Assembly: GCA_024137785.1 (NCBI GenBank)
Contig: JAHRHZ010000133.1
Location: 67,132,245 to 67,196,244, forward strand
DNA: 64,000 nucleotides
Reading direction: 5' to 3'
From: Ginglymostoma cirratum
Lineage: Eukaryota
Positions 1 through 10,700 of this stretch are shown here, piece after piece. Every line of letters begins with the position of its first letter. The stretch's first letter is position 1. The notes under the pieces were generated by a model. It was not told the DNA's origin. It saw only the letters and a program-made list of their open reading frames with translations, and made no database searches. The translations under genes and the position numbers were made by a program.

Positions 1-469
1 GATCCCTAATTGGACCCATCACTACTTTATGACTGTAGAAAATCCTTAGGTGCCTTTAAAAACTCTGAATTTATGTTAGCTGTCAGATATTTTTCTCCCA
101 TATTCGTTGCTTCTATCTTACTTTGTCACTCCCCTTCTGAAATTCTGACATTCAGACTGGTTGACTTGTATTACCAAACTGACATTTGTCATATACAATC
201 TTTTTCTGCTTTACCTTAGTCTCTATTTCTTTTGTCAATCAGACAGCTCTGGCTTTGCTTGTCCCATCTAACCCAGCCATGGGAAAGTACCACAACAATA
301 TGTTTTAAAGGCAGTGCAATGGTCTATTACAGTTTGCCTGTCAATCTCAATTTAGCTGGTATAGATTTGTTCTCAACCCACGAAAACTGCCAATGTTCTA
401 ATTATTACTTTTACACTATCTGCATAAATTTATTATTATGCAGTATGCTGACCACTGTGTATTGGACAG

Positions 470-782
470 CTCCGGCCCTACCTCCTACCTCGGAGATCTC
501 TGCATTCTCCCGGTTTTATTCTCTTGAGTATGCCCAATTTTCATCACTCCATCACTAGCATCCAACCCTTCAGGTGACTAGGCTTAAAATCCTGGAATTC
601 TGTCCTTGAAACACTGTCTCCCTGACTTCCACAAGACCACCCTCAACACCTCTCTCTCTTTGCTCTGTCTTCCTGTTCTCTGATATGACTCAGTGTCAAA
701 TTGTATTCAATAATCACACTTTTGAAAAACCTTGCAATGTTTTGCAACATAACCAAGGTGCCATATAAATGCAAGTTGTTAT
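470..782 (+). mobile_element. Decayed L2-type LINE 3' end
   Basis: 'ggagatctctgcattctcc...cctggaattc...' ending in 'aaggtgccatataaatgcaagttgtt'. The same tail recurs at other L2-like fragments in the window. Confidence 0.55.
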
Positions 783-1289
783 TTGGCACAACTGGGGTCT
801 GGAAGTCTAGAGTTGCGTCCCAGGAATTCTTCTTGCTCCTACTTTATGCTGTATGCGATTCTACAGTAACCATGCTCTGGCCAAGCCTACCTCCTTCAAC
901 TGGTCTCACTTCACCTTCTGAAACTCAAGACAAGTTCATACCAGAATGGCTTTACACACCTTGCCCTGATGCGATGCTAAAGACACAGTCAATGTAAGTG
1001 AGTGTTAAATGTCTTTTATTACATTTGAAATCAACACCATTCTGAAATGCTCTGTCTCTTTCTGGCTGATTGATACTTTATTTTCTTGGTTTTAGCATGA
1101 ATGCCAAATCCTGATGTCATTTAATCCCAAAATGATTCTTTTGACCCATATAATCCAACAAAGCAAAACCAAAAGGAAAACCCCCATCTAACTTATTCGT
1201 TTCTAAATTTTTCTACATCGACTTTAATTTGAGCCAAGGGGAAAGAAAATCCCAATGGAAATGCTTCTATAACTTGTATCAGATACAGT

Positions 1290-1580
1290 TCCATGGGTAG
1301 AGCTCTTACTCGGAGTTTAGGAGATTGTGGGTTCAAATCCCAATCCAGAAACCTGAATGTAAAATCTGGGTTGAAAATCAACTGCAGAACTGAGAGAGGT
1401 GCAATCTTTCGGATACAGTTTAAGTCGAGACTGTACTTAAGCCAACAGTTGGGTCTTAAAATTCCCCAAGCACTACAATGAATAAAAAGCGAGTTGTAAT
1501 CATTGGAGAGTTCCATTCATTGTCCTGGCTAGAATTTATTCCTCAACAAACAGTCGCTAATACAGAGTCTTGTCATTGTC
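1290..1580 (+). mobile_element. tRNA-derived SINE, Deu-domain type (SacSINE1-like), 5' part
   Basis: tRNA-like head with B-box 'gggttcaaatccc', followed by Deu-like core 'gaggtgcaatctttcggatacag...'. Confidence 0.55.
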
Positions 1581-2119
1581 AAATACCAACAGCTCACATG
1601 AGAGTAGTTGGAATGACCAATGACACATTGAAGAATTAGGTAACTTTCCTTTATTCCCTTTCTCTCGAGCGTGTGATGGATTTTTGCCACATACAGTTTC
1701 ACAGCTACATCTTTGAGTCCTTTGGATCACCAGCCAATCAGCGTTTTGCTATACATCTATTTCCGAAAGGAGTGTCAGCAAACCATTCAAACGTGTCAGG
1801 TTTGTGAGCTAACCCAACATCCACGTACGGAGTCATTCTATCAGAAGGTGTACCTGGATGATTAGCAGTTGCAATCCTTTGGGCTAGCTGAAACCATCTG
1901 TAACACCCACTGGCTTCACAAAAATGACCGGAGAGTGAACCAGATCTGCTGCTCTCCTTGCATGGCTACCACATGTAAACTCCTGAAGAGAATCTCTTTA
2001 AGTAACGTCTTGAACTACGATCAGCCAGGTTAGCTTTTGCCTTCAGTTCAACTTACAAATCAAACCACTATTTGAAACTAATGAAAACAATAACGTGGAG
2101 GGGTAGGGATGTTGGTAGC

Positions 2120-2310
2120 AAGGTAAATGACTACCCATCCCCTAAGGTCCTCAAAAAGGTGGCAGTGAGTCATATTTCTGAACCGATGCAGTCCACAGTG
2201 CTGTTAGCAAGGGAATTCCTTTTAAGGATTTTCACGTAGCAAAAAATTCCAATATATATCAAATTCAGGCCAATGTATGACTTCAAGTAGAGGTTAATTG
2301 GAGGTCTCAC
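2120..2310 (-). mobile_element. Decayed LINE 3' fragment
   Basis: 'cccatcccctaaggtcctcaaaaaggtggcagtgag...tgcagtccacagtgctgttag' resembles a LINE tail that is common in elasmobranch genomes (from recall). Confidence 0.35.
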
Positions 2311-2744
2311 CAGAGGGTAGAGTTGTCTAGTAAGAACAGAATTCCTACTGTTTCTATAATATCTGCAGCTCGAGTTTATGAAAATGAAATGAGAGGTCTT
2401 CTGCATTAGAAGGACTTCCAAGGTAAACAGCAGCAAATTGTCAGTGAGAAAGTAACAGAGGGGAAAAAATATTAAGATAACTGTTAAAATAAAAGCAGGT
2501 AGGAAAAAGATATTTTGGAAGTGACCAATTAGAATGTGAAATGCTCAGTATTAACTGTACTTATTGTCGAAATACAAATCAGTAATTTATTTGAAAAGGA
2601 ACTAAGTTCAATGCTTGGAAAGGGCAATACGAAAGCAGATGGGAGAAAATATTGGAATCCGATCAGACCAACTTAAGTGAAGGCTAACACTGGTTCTCAT
2701 GGTTCACTGCAATGTTGAAAGTTACTTGTTAGGATTTGAGAAAC

Positions 2745-2945
2745 AACAATGAATTCTTCCAGGGTACAGCAATCATCCTTCAATCAACACAGCCAAAAGT
2801 AGATTAACTGGTTATTCATCATAATGTTTGATAAATCTGTATACAAATTGGCTGTCACATTTGCCTACATTGTGAAATTCAAAGGCCTCCAAAAGTAGTT
2901 CACTGAAGATCCCCAACGAGGCAAAATAAGCTGTTATATACCAAC
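2745..2945 (+). mobile_element. Deu-type SINE 3' fragment
   Basis: 'agattaactggttattcat...caaattggctgtcacatttgcctacatt...caaaagtagttcact' matches other copies in the window. Confidence 0.5.
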
Positions 2946-3199
2946 GAATGTCTTTAATGTACTAAAAAAGCCCACACATGGTACATTACTAAAAGTTATG
3001 GACAATCAAATTGTACAAGGAAGTTTAAGAAAGGTCCAACTAAACAGATAATTTTTCAAGGACGCAGTTCAAGATGTGAGGAGAGATGTCACTGGCTGGA
3101 AGGGTACGAGGACAGCCTCCTCTAGTTCTGTTTCTATCAGTCTTGTGGAATAATGAGTATTTTTCAGGCTCGAAGATTTGTATGGACTTCCCTGGAGGT

Positions 3200-3395
3200 G
3201 AGTATTGGGGCAAATGTTTTCCCTGATGTTTAAAATGATCTACATCTTGGTGTGGAGGGGGCAATTCCAAAGTTTGTAGGTGACACAGCATTTGGGAGAA
3301 CTGTAAACTATAAAGGAGAACAGCGTAGAACTTTAAAAGGGCACTGACAAGTTGATGAAGTGGGCAGGAAGGTGGCAGATAAAATTCAATAATTC
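3200..3395 (+). mobile_element. CR1 LINE RT fragment
   Basis: 'attccaaagtttgtaggtgacaca' is a decayed ISKFADD motif, followed by 'aagtgggcaggaaggtggcagataaaattcaat' (WA..WQ..FN). Confidence 0.6.
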
Positions 3396-3399
3396 TTGA

Positions 3400-3540
3400 T
3401 CCCCTGTCCCAATGTGATTTGCAGCCAACAAAGTATTTCAAAGTGTAATCACTTTTGTAATGTAGGAAATGCAGCAGACAATTTGTCAGTAGCCAGCTCC
3501 CACAAACAGTACTAGACAATGACCAGATTAATCTCAGTTG
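3400..3540 (-). mobile_element. Deu-type SINE 3' fragment
   Basis: 'cagccaacaaagtatttcaaagtgtaatcacttttgtaatgtaggaaatgcagcagacaatttg...aatgaccagat'. Confidence 0.55.
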
Positions 3541-3563
3541 CAAGATCAAAATGTATGTTGATA

Positions 3564-3613
3564 CAGTATAGGTATGTAGTACCTATATACTATAGGTATA
3601 GTATAGGTATGTA
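3564..3613. repeat. Low-complexity GTATAGGTAT-type repeat
   Basis: Three copies of (g)tataggtat, with a local inversion (acctata). Confidence 0.6.
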
Positions 3614-4779
3614 AATGCAGATGAGGAAAAGACCGGTCATGACAGAAGTAAGTGGCGGAAGAGAATCATGGAGCAAAATTCTGTTCTAATAATCTGGTAC
3701 CTCTTGAGATAGGAGAACAAGTTATCTCCAGGTTAAAACATAAAACAATCTGTGGGAATACAGTAATCTGAAACAAGAGGGGTGTTTCATTCCAGCTACA
3801 CATCCTTCAAGCTACTTCAGTACAATCTTGAGGGGAGGTTTAAGAGAGAAAGAGACAGAAATGTGTTTCTTCACTACAGATTTTCTTCTTGCGTAGAAGT
3901 ACCTAAACACTCGTGATCATTTCAAGAGAAATCTATCAAATGTCTTCATTTGTAAGGCTCAATAAACCAAATGTCTCATCCTTATTGGTACTGCTGTTCT
4001 CTCTATTGCTAGGCCACTCATTTTTCATTGAAAAACTAAAACATGCAATTTCAGTTAAAATAATAATTTCCCCCCAACCCTTCAGTCTTGTTCCCTTCCA
4101 TTCTGATCAACAAATTTATACGCAGACAAGTGAATCATGATTTATTGAAATATTAAATAAACTACACAAGCTGATACTTAAGCAAGGAAGTTGAAATAAA
4201 AATCTGAGTGGAGCAAATCAAAATCTAGAAATTCAACATTTCTTTTGTCAGATTAAATATCCATAATGGACTTTCTGTACTGGGCCTTAGCAAATATGAG
4301 GACGCAGTGAAGGTCTGACATACTTAACCTCGTGTCTCACTTCTCCATCATTCAAGTTAACTCAATGCAGCAAGACAGTTCACATATGCATCCATTATTC
4401 CCTTAAATTATTTACATGGTGGTTTTGATTAACTGGGCAAGGTCTCTGCTCTGTTGTCAAAATCTCTGCTTTAAAGGAAGCTGAACAGGCTCTGATCTAA
4501 TAACATTCCACAGCACTAGGCCTGTTTAATGCACACACAGTCACACGCACACACCCAAAAGCACATACTCAGTTCAACTGAACCATACAACTCTTAGCTT
4601 TCAGTCTGAATCTGTACTTTATCAGAAATGAGTTTTTAAGCACACAAACTTTAAACGCACAGTTACGTGACAACGCACTTTATAGCATTTAAGACAGCCA
4701 TAACACCAGGAGTGGTAATTTGTGAGACTACCATAGCTTGAAGCACAATATTGAAGGGTGACACTCCAGCGCAGTTCTG

Positions 4780-5538
4780 AGGTAAACAAACTGGAGGCTA
4801 GAAGAACACAGCAGGCCAGGCAGCATCTGGAGGAAAGGAGCAGTCAACATTTCGGGTATTATCCTTCTTCAGCCCTGCCGGTTTATTGTAAATGGCATAA
4901 ATGTCGATTCATAAACTGTCACCAGAAATGAAAACAGAGGTCAAGAAAGGGGAGGGAAATGTCTGAGACAGACCAAGTCAATTTGAGGGGGAGGTGGAAG
5001 TTGATAGCCCTCAGTTCTTTTCCTCTCCAACAGCCCCATCCATTCCCCACCACCTCAACGAACCAGTCCTCGCCCTCAATAATTCTCCCCACTTTCTCCA
5101 AATCCAGGGGGTTGCCATGGGCACTCGCACGGGCCCCAGCTACGCCTGCCCAATTGTCTGTAATGTCGAACAGTCCCTCTTCAGTATGTACGCCGGTACT
5201 GTTCCTCAACTCTCCCGCCTTTACATCAATGTCTGCATCGGTGCTGCATCCTGCACCCAGGCTGAACTGGAGCAATTCATCGACTTCACTCACGACCACC
5301 TCACCCTCAAATTCACTTCGTCTATCTCAGACACTTCCCTCCTCTTTCTTGACCTCTGTTTATATTTCTGGCAACAGTTTACACACCAACATTTACTATA
5401 AACCAGCAGTCCTGAAGAAAGGTAATACCCGAAACGTTGACTGCTCCTTTCTTCCAGATGCTGCCTGGCCTGCTGCGCACTTCCAGCCTCTTGTCTGTCT
5501 ACCTTGGATTCCAGCATCTACAGTTTTTTTTTGTCTCT
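4780..5538 (+). mobile_element. Internally deleted Penelope-like retroelement (RT fragment plus hammerhead-bearing terminal repeat) with an inverted ~225 bp duplicate arm
   Basis: ORF 4994-5401 encodes PLE-type RT motifs (FLQIQGVAMGTRTGPSYA; RLYINVCIG as decayed RYIDD; LKFTSSISDTSLLFLDL; then TNIYYKP in another frame). 4780-5005 is a diverged reverse complement of ~5287-5504. Confidence 0.85.
5405..5445 (+). ncRNA. Minimal type I hammerhead ribozyme motif
   Basis: AGCAGTC CTGAAGA A AGGT-AAT-ACCC GAAAC GTT GACTGCT. Perfect 7-bp helix I, core boxes CUGANGA and GAAA, palindromic ACGT helix III. Predicted cleavage after ~5438. The first pair of stem II is mismatched in this copy. Confidence 0.75.
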
Positions 5539-5559
5539 AACCCAGTTGAGGTAACACTT

Positions 5560-5690
5560 CTGAGGAAGGGTCACCGGACCCGAATCGTTAACTGTTTTCT
5601 CCTCCACAGATGCTGCCAGGCCTGCTGAGCTTTTCCAGCAACTTTGTTTTTGTTCCTGATTTACAGCATCCGCAGTTCTTTTGGTTTTTA
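5560..5690 (+). mobile_element. Short PLE-derived hammerhead element, family 2, single arm
   Basis: CTGAGGA A GGGTC-ACCG-GACCC GAATC GTT AACTG. Perfect 13-bp TSD TGAGGTAACACTT at 5547-5559 and 5691-5703. Confidence 0.85.
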
Positions 5691-5719
5691 TGAGGTAACA
5701 CTTGTTTTGGATGGGGTGT

Positions 5720-6012
5720 GAAAACCTAGGGCCTGTTTACTGTCTTGAATGGATGTTAACATCACACGGCACTATTGTGAAAAAGATCACAGGAATACTG
5801 AATATTCACAAACATTGGCCTCCCACTCAACACCACTGAACAGCTGATTATCATCATACTGTTGCTTGTGGGAACTCTCCTTACTTAAACTGGGTGCTAC
5901 TTTTCTTATCTTACAGGAGGTATAATTCAAAAATCATACTTGCCTGGCTGTAAAATGCTTCAGAATATACTGAAATTGAGATAAGGGCTAGATAAATGCA
6001 AGTCTTTCTTTT
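5720..6012 (+). mobile_element. Deu-type SINE 3' part
   Basis: 'ggatgttaacatcacacggcactattg...ggctgtaaaatgcttc...gctagataaatgcaagtctttctttt'. Confidence 0.6.
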
Positions 6013-6871
6013 TGTGGGATGAATACTTAGTACATTTATACAACAATTACATATATGCCTTTTAACAGAAACTTGCTTTAAGCCATTTATTTTATACTTT
6101 ATTCTCTAAAAGGAACTTCTAGACTTGCAAACATGCAAATCATAAATAGACTCACCATCTTATTATTCTTATTGCAAGTCAGAACCAAATGGATTTTCTT
6201 TAATACTATTTTTAATTGTAGACAGTTAGATCAGATCTACTAATCGTGATCTAGCGCAAACACCAAAAATTGAGATTCATTACAAAAAGGCAACAACCAA
6301 GAACTTTTGGAGGATGGAGAAAACGTGCTTTAGAAACATCCCACATAATTAAACACAGGTTATTTTGAACCCTGCAAAAAGCAGGAAATATAAGGCTTCC
6401 CTATTGAGAAAATATCAAACCATGGAATTGGGATGCAACTCCAGCTCCTGAATGACATGGGTCATTCTGGCTTCTGCAATAGTCTCAGTTTTCTCTTAGC
6501 ACCAAGCACACATAGACAATGCTGCATTGCCAAGATCACATGTTTTAAATCAATGTCAGCACCACATTCACTGACTCTCTACTGTGCAGCACACAGCTGG
6601 CCGGGGTGTTTGCAGGTGGTTTCCCACTAGCATCACCCTCCAACCAACCAAAACCCCACCCGTCTGCAATTTTACATGGAGGAGAGTCCTAGAAGGCTGG
6701 CCTGCCCTCTTAGCAACTTAGGCCCCTAAGGAGCTAAATTTCCAAAAGACCTCAACTTTGAGGCAGACAGGGGAGGTGCCTTCTTCAAGGGTCACATTCC
6801 ACTTCAACAATCCCTCCCACCCTGATCTCTCCACTAAGATCCCCAAGGAGTGGTAGACAGGGAGACTGTGT

Positions 6872-6945
6872 TAGAGAGAGAGAGAGATTAAGAAAGACAG
6901 AGACAGCTACAGAAAGAAAGAGAGACACAGTGTGAGAGACAGGGA
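6872..6945. repeat. Imperfect (AG)n/(AGAC)n microsatellite
   Basis: Directly visible AG-rich run. Confidence 0.8.
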
Positions 6946-7814
6946 TAAACAAAATTTTATCTTTATTTAAAAAATGGTGATGAATACTGGAAAATAGTGG
7001 GAGCCAACAGATACACATTCCATTTCTGAGTGCAGGAGCAAGTTTCTCCTTTTCATGTGAATATTTTGTTCCCACCTCCATTTCACTAACTATTTTCTTA
7101 GCTCTGCACACTCTGGTGATCTAAAATGACCTTTCCCTGTAAAATGGTCCATTAATCACTGATTTAATGGGCTGTAATCACATAACAAGCGCCTCACGTC
7201 CTGGTCTATTCTCAAGCATACCTAAGAGAGGGAGGATATGCCAATTCACCGAAGTAAGGCAGCGAAACCAACATCAGCCAGCTACCTTGTTTGAAACTTT
7301 AATCTAAGGCAAACAAGCCAGAGCAGCTGGTGCAAAAGGTTTAATTCAACCACAGTTCCTAATGCCCCACACACAGTCCCATTTAGAGACTGAATGCACC
7401 TTTCATTTTAGATACACTTTTTCATTTACGATTATCTGGAATTTTTGGGCAAGGAATGTAGAATCTGGAAAAGTTTTAGCCATGAGAGATTTAGTCTGAA
7501 CAGGCAGCATGTGCGTTTATAGAAAATTTCTCCAGCCACCTCTTCCTAATCATTATCCAGTGACTCCACTAGGAACTACATGTATGAGGGCAGCATGAAA
7601 CCCAATGGTGAGCTAGAGTGGCAAACATAGCTCATTTTCAACTCCCTGACATCCAATGCTCCAACGCCATGCACTCAGCACCAAGCAAGCAATGAAATCC
7701 CTAACACTCTGTTCAAAATAAAGACAGACACTGAGCCAAACTGAGCTGCCACTTTTCTCAGCTTGTAGGGATTGCTGAAACACATCCAAAAATTTGTCTG
7801 CATTCATACAGAAT

Positions 7815-8160
7815 CTTTAACATTAGCAACATGTTCCAAGGTGCTTTCAGAGGACCACTGTCATGTCATTTGACAGCAAGTGACATAAATAGTTAGGAAC
7901 AGTGACGAGAAGTTTGGTCAGGAGGCAGATTGTGAGGAGCCTCTTAAAAGAGAGGCGGGGCAACAAAGGCAAATGGGTTTAAGGACGGAACGTTCAAGCT
8001 TAGGGTCCAGGTAGCTGATGGTACAGTTATCAGGGGCCAACGACAAAAACAAGGGGGGATGGGTGCAGTGCGGAAGAAGCCAGAATCGGAGGACTGCAGA
8101 GACAGTAGAGATCCAAGTGTTGATGGAAGATTCCGTGATAGGGAGGGGCCATGGAAGACT
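7815..8160 (-). mobile_element. L2-type LINE 3' end
   Basis: 'ccaaggtgctttcagagga...aagtttggtcaggagg...cttaaaagagagg...agcttagggtccagg' is the reverse complement of the L2 tail seen elsewhere. Confidence 0.55.
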
Positions 8161-8934
8161 AGTGATTTTCAGGAGTGAATAACTAACCTACATTAACAAA
8201 AAATGACTGCAGGCTGACCCATGTGCATCAACAGTCACTTGTTTTGGACAATTTAAGGGAACGCCACTGAAACAACGCAAAGACATTAGCAAAAATATTG
8301 TAGTAAATGTCAACTCAGTCAATGAGGCAATCATTAACCCAAATGTGAGATACTGCCCTTGTCATATCCCTTGGCATTAAGAGCAGTAACAAGTTTAATT
8401 GGAATACTGGAATGATTGTCTTATACCTGTCTCTGGGACAGACGTGATTTTGTCTTGCTCACTCTCCTTTTTTTTTAATAAATGACAATTCTAATGCTGA
8501 AGTAATAAGAGGGCAGGTAGTTAATTAACTCAGGGCAGCTATGTATATCCCTACAATGATCCAATATGCAGTAGCCACAGCTTCCTGTCTCACCTTTTTT
8601 GTTTAAAAACCAGCCACATATAAGCACGCAGTTGTCACCTGAGACAATTTCAAGACTGGCGACCATGCAGTATTGCATTCAGATTACTTCCTGTGTCACT
8701 CCTGGTTACAAGCACTTGCCATGAAATTGCGATGGCACAAACAAACAAAACTTTATATATAGTGAATGAGCATTCATTGAGACAATCAATAAAATCTGAA
8801 CAATACCATTTAGTTTCTGCAAATTTACTAGTTTCCATTGACTATGCTTATCAATAAAATGAAGAGGCCTTACCTCTCTCATTCTCTTTATCTAACATAC
8901 TTCAGCACCATAAAATCAATTCTTTTACCCAAAG

Positions 8935-10330
8935 AATCAAAGGTTTTACAGTGCAGGTGGTCATTCAACCTACCGTGTCTGTGCCAGCTCTCCAAATGAG
9001 CACCGCGTACTATCCTCCTGACTTTTCCCTGTAACCCTGTATGCTCCTACCTTCCAAATAGCCATCTAGCCACTTGAATACCTTGATTAAGCCTATGTCC
9101 ACCACAATCTTGGGCAATGCATTCCACTTCAATGTAACTGATCCACTCATTACGCAAACAGATTTATTCTCATATCACTTTTGTTTGTTGGCCAGTATAG
9201 ACATGGTGGGCCAAACGTTGACATTCGCCACATTGCCTTCACATTCTTCCTAAGATGTATTACACTTTAGCTGAAGTCTCCTGTATTAATTTGACATAAC
9301 CTAATTGCTCTTTTATTCTATGCCCCTATTAATAAAGTATGCTTTAATAATTGCACTTTCAAACTTCAATGTCTTATGTACATATATAGACTGGTCCCTC
9401 TATGTACTTTTCAATATTTTTTGTCACTCCATTTTCTTCCTACCAAAATCACAACTCTCCATATTGAGCTTCATCTGTTCCTACCAGCCCATTCCACCAA
9501 CTTGCCTATGGCCTTCAGAAGTACTACAGTAACCTCCTCAGTCTACAATGCGTCCAAATTTCTCATCATCTACAAATTTTGAAATTGTGCCCCGTTTACC
9601 AAAGTCTAAACTATTAATATTTATCAGGAAAAAAAAAAAAGTCCCATGTGAGTGCAGGAGAACGCCAATACAAACACTGCTCCAGGCAAACAAAAATCCA
9701 TTAGCTGAGATAACAAGGTATAGAGCTGGATGAACACAGCAGGCCAAGCAGCATCAGAGGAGCAGGAAAGCTGACGATTCAAGCCTAGACCCTTCTTCAG
9801 AAAGAAATTTCTGAAGAAGGGTCTAGGCCCGAAACTTCAGCTTTCCTGCTCCTCTCGCGCTGCTTGGCCAGCTGTGTTCATCCAGCTCTACACCTTGTTA
9901 TCTCAGATTTTCCAACATCTGCAGTTCCTACTATCTCCAAAAGTCCATTAGCTGTTACTTTCTGTTTCCTGTCACTCAACCAATGCTGTTTCCATGTTTC
10001 CTCTGTTCTTTAACACAAGAGTTAAAACTTTTCTTACAAATCTGTTGTGTATCACTGCATTAAAAAACTTCAGGAAGGCCACGTACAGCACAGATCAACA
10101 CTCTTTGTTAACTCTTCAAAAGCTTTCAGCAAGTTAGTTGAACATAATTTTCTGTTAAGATATCTATGTCGGATTTCCTTAATTAACCCACATTTATCCA
10201 CATGACTATTAATTTTATCCCAAATTGTTTGCAGAAGAGTTTCAACCTTCAAAGTTCAGCTGACTGATTAATAGTGGCATGGCTTATCCTTACACTTTGG
10301 TCTTCAATTACCTTCCTCAGTATCCTTGGA
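8935..10330 (-). mobile_element. Fragmented CR1 LINE (3' UTR plus RT pieces), interrupted by a palindromic element
   Basis: Minus-strand ISKFVDDEKFGRIVD (ORF 9538-9747) and CSTNLLKAFEELTKSVD (ORF 10070-10252). CR1-type 3' end near 8935-9180. Confidence 0.7.
9705..9937. mobile_element. Palindromic PLE-derived hammerhead element, family 1
   Basis: Inverted arms 9705-9803 and 9808-9906, with a ~31-nt tail on the right arm only. Core CTGAAGA-A-GGGTCTAGGCCC-GAAAC at 9811-9835. TSD CAAAA(A/G)TCCATTAGCTG at 9691-9707 and 9938-9954. Confidence 0.9.
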
Positions 10331-10379
10331 TACATCATGCCCAGTCAGACTGACGGGGGTGGGGGCGGTGAGAGATCGC

Positions 10380-10700
10380 CAGACAGGGGGAGGAAGGGGG
10401 AGCATTCTGAGAAGATTCAGAGTTTTGGCAGCAGAGCTCTGGGTGTTCTGAAGTTCAAAGTATGAGAGGTAGAAAGTTGACCAAAGCATTGACATATTTC
10501 AGCCAAGAGATGACAAAAGGCATGGATGAAGGTATGAGCAACAGACTGGGGCAAACCACTGCCACTGAGTGCTGGAAGGATGGGAGTCAGAAACTCAACT
10601 GGTGAACAGCCCAATTCGGCTCGAGGTTCCAACCAGGGGCCCAGGTGAGAATTTTGAAAGAGACGAGGACAATGGTTTCAGTCTTTCCATGTTCTTGAAA
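10380..10700 (-). mobile_element. L2-type LINE ORF2 3' fragment
   Basis: 'ggcatggatgaaggtatgagcaacag...gtcagaaactcaactgg...acaatggtttcagtcttt' resembles the reverse complement of the L2 fragment at 41760-42850. Confidence 0.5.

Noticed and set aside
1-420. Possible minus-strand CR1 ORF2 remnant
   Set aside because: Only a vague resemblance; no translatable motif found.
3040-3549. 169-aa ORF and other ORFs over 100 aa (17251, 48043, 62771, 45029, 35358)
   Set aside because: They are antisense readings of repeats or lack any known motif; there is no support for host genes.
6570-7280. Possible ancient inverted-repeat element (caattttaca...tgtaaaatg)
   Set aside because: Too decayed to define termini or a TSD from this window alone.
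9705-9937. Interpretation of the palindromes as DNA-transposon MITEs
   Set aside because: TSDs vary from 9 to 17 bp, termini are asymmetric, single-arm copies have their own TSDs, and a related arm is attached to PLE RT sequence at 4780-5538.
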